From positions 125,317 through 189,316 of the forward strand of contig CAVYTU010000016.1 of the NCBI GenBank assembly GCA_963771465.1: a DNA stretch of 64,000 nucleotides, in the 5' to 3' direction. The DNA comes from an uncultured delta proteobacterium. Lineage in GTDB: Bacteria > Desulfobacterota > Binatia > UBA9968. The position numbers were made by a program, and so were the translations under genes. Every line of letters begins with the position of its first letter. The stretch's first letter is position 1. Positions 59,236 through 64,000 of this stretch are shown in pieces. A model generated the notes under the pieces. The model made no database searches. It was not told where the DNA came from and saw nothing but the letters and a program-made list of their open reading frames with translations.

Positions 59236-59303
59236 AGCAGGAGTTGGAATTTGTAGTTAGAGGCGGGGCGGGTACTTAGTACGATCGTTAGAACATCTCG
59301 GTC

Positions 59304-59370
59304 GAGATTCTTCACTTCGCTCAGAATGACACCGGAGGCGATTATCATCCTGAGCAAGGCGAGGGATCTC
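59304..59370. repeat. REP-like inverted doublet (GTCATTCTGAGC variant)
   Basis: GAGATTCTTCACTTCGCTCAGAATGAC ... ATCATCCTGAGCAAGGCGAGGGATCTC. Confidence 0.78.
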
Positions 59371-59388
59371 GGCCGAGCTTTTTATTCC

Positions 59389-60450
59389 TTACGCCGCTTC
59401 GTCTCTGAATAGACCTAAGCTTTCCAGTACTGGTCGGTCGGTGACGGAAAAAATAATCGCTGGCTCGGTCTTCGACTTGTTCTCGAAATAGTGCCAGTTC
59501 CATGACGGCACGAAGAAGCAATCATGGGCGCCCCAGGCGAGATTTTTGCCGGCGCCTTTCTTTGGCCCGACGTTTGCCAATCCTTCGCCTTGGACGACGT
59601 GATAGATCGTGCTGCTGGTGTGGCGGTGCGCTGTGGTGCTTTCCCCCGGTGGAATCATTTGCACCCAACAGCCGATGGTCGGCATCGTCGGGCCGCCGGT
59701 CAGCGGATGAGCGTATTCCAGCAAGACGCCGTCGTGCGGATTGCGTTCGCCGCTCGCGGCGACTTCATTCAACGCCGCCAGTGTATCGCGCCATTTGTAG
59801 TTGTACGGCAACGCGGCGTTGCTCACGTGGGTCATGCGCGGCCGGATCGCGCCGTATTGATGTTTACAGTATCCGTCGCGTTTGATGATCGGCTGCGCCG
59901 GGCCTTCGCCGTAACTTTCGTGAAAACCGGCGTCCAGGTTGCGGGTGAGATGAGCGTCGAGCACGTCGAGCCAGACGAGGTTGTTTTTACTCGAGTTGAA
60001 ATGATCGTGCCAAGTCCAGTTGGGAGTCAGCACGAGATCGCCGGGTTCCATCAACATTTCTTCGCCTTCGACATTGGTGTAGCCGGTACCGTCGCCCTCG
60101 ACGACGAAGCGCAGCGCTGCCGCCGTGTGCCGGTGGCATTCGGCGCGCTCGCCCGGTTTGACCAATTGAATCGACATCTGCAGCGTGCGCGAAGTTGCTT
60201 TCCTATTTGTCAGCGAAGGATTGACGAGCTGCACTGTGCGTCGGTTGGCCGCATCGCCGATGCCGCCAAGCTTGACGACTTCGCCCGATTCCATGAGACA
60301 AGAGTAGATCACCGACCACGGCCAGAGATGGGGAACAAGATCGGGATTTTGCTCGCGCGATTGCCAATGTCCACTGAGGGAGTGCTCGGCCAAGCGCGCG
60401 TGCAGCGCCAGCAATTCAGGTGTTTCAGGTACAGCATGTGATTCGGCCAT
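59389..60450 (-). CDS. Gentisate 1,2-dioxygenase-like bicupin ring-cleaving dioxygenase
   Basis: RRTVQLVNP, HRHTAAALRFVVEG, TPNWTWHDH, WLDVLD and GGPTMPTI motifs. Confidence 0.9.
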   Translation of the reverse strand: MAESHAVPETPELLALHARLAEHSLSGHWQSREQNPDLVPHLWPWSVIYSCLMESGEVVKLGGIGDAANRRTVQLVNPSLTNRKATSRTLQMSIQLVKPGERAECHRHTAAALRFVVEGDGTGYTNVEGEEMLMEPGDLVLTPNWTWHDHFNSSKNNLVWLDVLDAHLTRNLDAGFHESYGEGPAQPIIKRDGYCKHQYGAIRPRMTHVSNAALPYNYKWRDTLAALNEVAASGERNPHDGVLLEYAHPLTGGPTMPTIGCWVQMIPPGESTTAHRHTSSTIYHVVQGEGLANVGPKKGAGKNLAWGAHDCFFVPSWNWHYFENKSKTEPAIIFSVTDRPVLESLGLFRDEAA

Positions 60451-60637
60451 GGTTTTCTCCTCGGGCGAAATTTAGCGTACTGTAGCGCCACAGCGCGCAA
60501 GCTGTCAACGCGGCAACGGACAAATCGGGTTTCGCACTTCTCGGAAAAACGTCAAGGCACGGCAGCACCGTCGGTTTGACAGTGGGTAGGCCATCGGTTA
60601 CGGTTTGCGAAATAATTTCTCACGAGTGAAATCACGA

Positions 60638-61531
60638 ATGTCGACCGCACCACAAGCCCCGCAATATCGCATCGAAGAATACATCGTCAAAGAGCAGCCG
60701 TTTTACGTGCCCACGTCGGACGAAGTGGAGATTTTCCAGGCGGCGTACCGCCAGCGCGTGCCGGTCCTACTCAAAGGCCCGACCGGCACGGGCAAGACGC
60801 GCTTCGTCGAGTATATGGCGTGGAAACTCGGCCAGCCGTTGACCATCGTCAAAGACGGCGCCACCGGTGCAAATAACGGCGCGTCCGCCAACGGCGCCGT
60901 GCCGCTTATTACGGTGGCCTGTCACGAAGACTTAACCGCGAGCGATCTCGTCGGGCGCTATCTGCTCGACGCCAACGGCACGCGTTGGATCGACGGGCCG
61001 CTCACGCGCGCGGTGAAAGTCGGCGGCATTTGTTATCTCGATGAAGTCGTCGAAGCGCGCAAAGACACCACCGTCATCATTCATCCGCTCACCGATCATC
61101 GGCGCTTGTTGACCATCGACAAGCTCGGTGAGGTGGTCGAAGCGGCGGATAGTTTTTTGCTCGTGGTCTCGTACAATCCCGGTTACCAGAATGTTTTGAA
61201 AGATTTGAAGCACAGCACGCGCCAGCGTTTCGTCGCGCTGGATTTTCAGTTTCCCGACCCGGAGCGCGAAGCGAGAATCATCGCGCACGAGTCTGGCGTT
61301 GACGAAGCCAACGCAGTTCAGCTGGCCAAGCTCGGCCACAAGGTGCGCAATCTGCGCGAGCATGGTTTGAAAGAAGGCGCGAGCACGCGCGTCTTGATCT
61401 ACGCCGGCCGCTTGATCAAAGAAGGCATCGCGCCGCGGCGCGCCTGTCATGTGGCGGTAACTTGGGGCATCACCGACGATGTCCAGGTGCAGCGCAGCCT
61501 GGAAGAAGTCGTCGCAGCAATCTTCCCGTGA
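60638..61531 (+). CDS. CbbQ/NirQ/NorQ family MoxR-type AAA+ ATPase
   Basis: GPTGTGKT Walker A; CHEDLTASDLVGRY, YLDEVVEAR, SYNPGYQ and STRQRF motifs. Confidence 0.95.
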   Translation: MSTAPQAPQYRIEEYIVKEQPFYVPTSDEVEIFQAAYRQRVPVLLKGPTGTGKTRFVEYMAWKLGQPLTIVKDGATGANNGASANGAVPLITVACHEDLTASDLVGRYLLDANGTRWIDGPLTRAVKVGGICYLDEVVEARKDTTVIIHPLTDHRRLLTIDKLGEVVEAADSFLLVVSYNPGYQNVLKDLKHSTRQRFVALDFQFPDPEREARIIAHESGVDEANAVQLAKLGHKVRNLREHGLKEGASTRVLIYAGRLIKEGIAPRRACHVAVTWGITDDVQVQRSLEEVVAAIFP

Positions 61532-61550
61532 ACATGCCAAAGAAAGCATA

Positions 61551-61609
61551 GCCGTAAAGCGCGCAAAGGGATTTGCACTCAGTTCCTATTTTGCGTTCTT
61601 TGCGGTCAA
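61551..61609. repeat. CGCAAAG-type imperfect inverted repeat (family C)
   Basis: GCCGTAAAGCGCGCAAAG ... TTGCGTTCTTTGCGGTCAA; the right arm is nearly the reverse complement of TTGACCGCAAAGAACTCAAA at 10562. Confidence 0.65.
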
Positions 61610-61616
61610 CCATTCC

Positions 61617-63822
61617 ATGTCTGATTCCTCCGCCGTTGAACTAGCGCCGATCCGGGAGATGTTGCGGCTTTATTGCCACGCGCTGACGGAGCGGAGTGTC
61701 GACTTGCAGGATTTGCAGGCGCTGGTCGACAAGAACATCGGCTGGTCAAAAAACGACGTGGCGACCAGCGACGGCGCGGCGATTTTTCTGCCCGGTATAG
61801 TGGAACGGTTCGAAGCGCACGCCGATAATTTCGATTTTCTCAAGGTCATGCTGACGCAGCAGGCCGGCCACATCGAGTTCGGCAGCTTCGATTTCGAGTT
61901 TGACCGGCCGTCGACGCGCTTCAACGATTTACGGCCGAAGCTTGCCCCGCCGCCGGAATATCACGATCACGATCATGGCCACGAAGGCCACCACGAGCAG
62001 GCCGCCGTTACGGAGCTAACGCGGTTTTTTAGATTATTTCCCAATAAGCGCTTGGCGCTGGATATTTTTTCCATCGTCGAAAGCGCGCGCATCGAAGCGC
62101 GCATCATGCACGAATACCGTGGCATCGCGACCGCCTATCGTGAAATGCGCCGGCGCACTTTGGCGTTGCGTCAAGAAATCATCTTTCTGCCGGCGCGCGA
62201 AGCCTTGCTCGAATTCACGATGCGCCTGAGTCTCGGCCAGACGGATGGCGTTCGAGTCCCAAAAAAGCAAAGCAAAATTGCCGGCGACATTCGCACGATG
62301 ATGAGACTCATTGCCGAGAGCGGCGCCACCGTGGAAGACGCCGCGGAGGCGACGCTCAGGATGTATGCGCGTTTGGCAAAGGTGAAGAACGATTATCTCG
62401 ATGAAGACGACTTCGCGATTCTGGATCTGGAACAGAAGAGTTCAAGCCGGTCAAAACATTCAACTCGTTCAAGCCGTTGGAAAGATCAAGAGTCCGAGTT
62501 CCGCGAATCACGGATTGCCCGAACTTCAGGGTCGAGAGCGGGAATATCTTGCGCCCCAGGGCGTGGACTATCGCGGCGATTTTCGACCAGAGCTGGCGCA
62601 GTTGCTGACCCAGGTGCAGGCCAATTCGCGCGAGCAGCGCAAGTCTCTGACCCCGGAAGAGCTCGCCGATCTAGTGCGCAGCCAGCGCACGCCGAAGCCG
62701 CGCGATTCCGACGAAGACGGCGACGAGCAAGACCCGCAGACCAGCCAGATGGTGCAGAATCTGCTGCGTGAGCTCGACAAGCGCGATCCACGCATGCAAA
62801 GCGTGACGCGGCGGCCGTCGCCGCAACATGACGACGACACGGGCCCGTTGTCGGCGACACAGCCGAATACTTTTGTTTACGACGAGTGGGATGAGCGGGC
62901 GAGCAGTTATCGCAGTGACTGGTGCAAAGTTTACGAGAAGACGATGGGCATCGGCGATCTCGCGTTCTACCGCGAGACACTGCTTAGTCATGCGGGACTG
63001 TTGCAGCAGATTCGCCGCGAGTTCGAGCAGGTGGTGCCGGAGATCTATCACAAGGAAAAACGGCTGCCGGACGGTTCGGATCACGACTTGGACTTGGCCA
63101 TCGAGGCGATGACCGATCTGCGCATCGGTGTCAGCCCGTCGGAGAAGATTTTCTGGCGCCAGCACAAGATCGAGCGCGACGTCGCCGTGGCATTCTTGCT
63201 CGATATGAGCGGTTCCACCGGCGAAGCGATCAAGTCCGTGATGTCCGAGACGCCGCCTCTCTCGGGTGCGGGACCGATGGCGGAGCGCATGCAGCGGCGC
63301 ATCATCGATGTGGAAAAAGAAGCGATCGTGCTGATGATGGATTCCCTCGAGGCGATCGGCGACAGCTACGGCGTTTACGGTTTTTCCGGCCATGGCCGCG
63401 ACAACGTCGAGTTCTACGTGATCAAAGATTTTGCCGAGGAGTTCAATCTGGACATCGCCAAGCGCTTTGGCCGCATTGGTCCACTGCATGCTACTCGGAT
63501 GGGACCGGCGATTCGCCACACGACATCGAAGCTGCGCTGGCAGCAAACTCGCTCGAAGTTTCTCTTTCTCATCAGCGACGGCCGGCCGCAGGACCGCGGC
63601 TACTCCCAGGAAGGCGCGGAAAAAGCCTACGCGGTTCAAGACACGCGTATGGCGCTGATCGAAGCACGCCGTGAAGGCATTCATCCATTTTGTTTAACGG
63701 TCGACAAAGAGGGCAATGATTATCTGAGAGCGATGATGGACGACTTCAGCTATGAAGTCCTCGCCGACGTGAGTCTGTTGCCGCGGCGATTGCCGCAACT
63801 CTATAAGAAACTTACGACCTAA
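61617..63822 (+). CDS. CbbO/NorD-type VWA-domain activation protein, frameshift near 62440-62515
   Basis: ESARIE (N-part), YDEWD, LLDMSGST MIDAS, TRMGPAIRH and ISDGRPQD; follows the NorQ-type ATPase. Confidence 0.88.
62439..62483. repeat. Family A 9-bp repeat inside the VWA gene
   Basis: AGTTCAAGC CGGTCAAAA CATTCAACT CGTTCAAGC CGTTGGAAA. Confidence 0.75.
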
Positions 63823-63831
63823 AAATAAGCA

Positions 63832-63867
63832 CGTTGCAATCGTTCAAGCCGTTCAAAACGTTCAAGT
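63832..63867. repeat. Family A 9-bp repeat
   Basis: CGTTGCAAT CGTTCAAGC CGTTCAAAA CGTTCAAGT; 23 nt identical to 35048-35070. Confidence 0.85.
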
Positions 63868-64000
63868 TGTTTCGGAATGATCAACGCGCGAATTGTAACG
63901 TCGTGGTGATATTGGGTAGCCGCGAATCCAACGCCTTTGAGCCCTATGTTTTAAAGAGTCCCATCGGAAACAGATTCTTGGTAACCCGTCTAGCCATTTT

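Noticed and set aside
45-63684. Many long antisense or alternative-frame ORFs (e.g. 4454-5515, 7189-8037, 34048-35013, 46656-47651, 62671-63684)
   Set aside because: They are shadows of motif-bearing genes in GC-rich DNA, with no RBS or family motifs.
1-64000. tRNA, rRNA, riboswitch, IS element or prophage
   Set aside because: I recognised no cloverleaf, rRNA-like tract, transposase, integrase or phage gene by eye. An Rfam scan would be needed to exclude small RNAs.

Overview
This 64 kb window is GC-rich bacterial DNA with about 60 genes. I see no housekeeping genes, transcription factors, rRNA/tRNA, CRISPR array or transposase. It is a catabolic/scavenging region. It holds 18 solute-binding-fold proteins (NMT1/SsuA, TctC, TAXI, PhnD, SBP-3, Fe/thiamine types) but no permease or transporter ATPase. 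It also holds six amidohydrolases, three Rieske oxygenase alpha subunits, three class III CoA-transferases, two atypical crotonases, several cupins, a CADD-like diiron enzyme, UbiD, a lone Mo-hydroxylase large subunit, an orphan GlmL and a CbbQ/NorQ + VWA pair. The gene style resembles uncultured Binatia-like soil bacteria (inference only). About nine genes carry small frameshifts that look like long-read indel errors. The most notable signals are: (1) a twice-repeated amidohydrolase gene pair in which the second partner has lost the catalytic Asp, suggesting a heteromeric enzyme/pseudo-enzyme, paralleled by an active/inactive CoA-transferase pair; (2) a dense set of dispersed periodic-arm and REP-like hairpin elements at gene junctions, one copy lying inside a coding sequence; (3) signal-peptide-less binding proteins that may be enzymes; and (4) a cluster with a PEP-utilizer-like fragment, a Mo-enzyme and UbiD.
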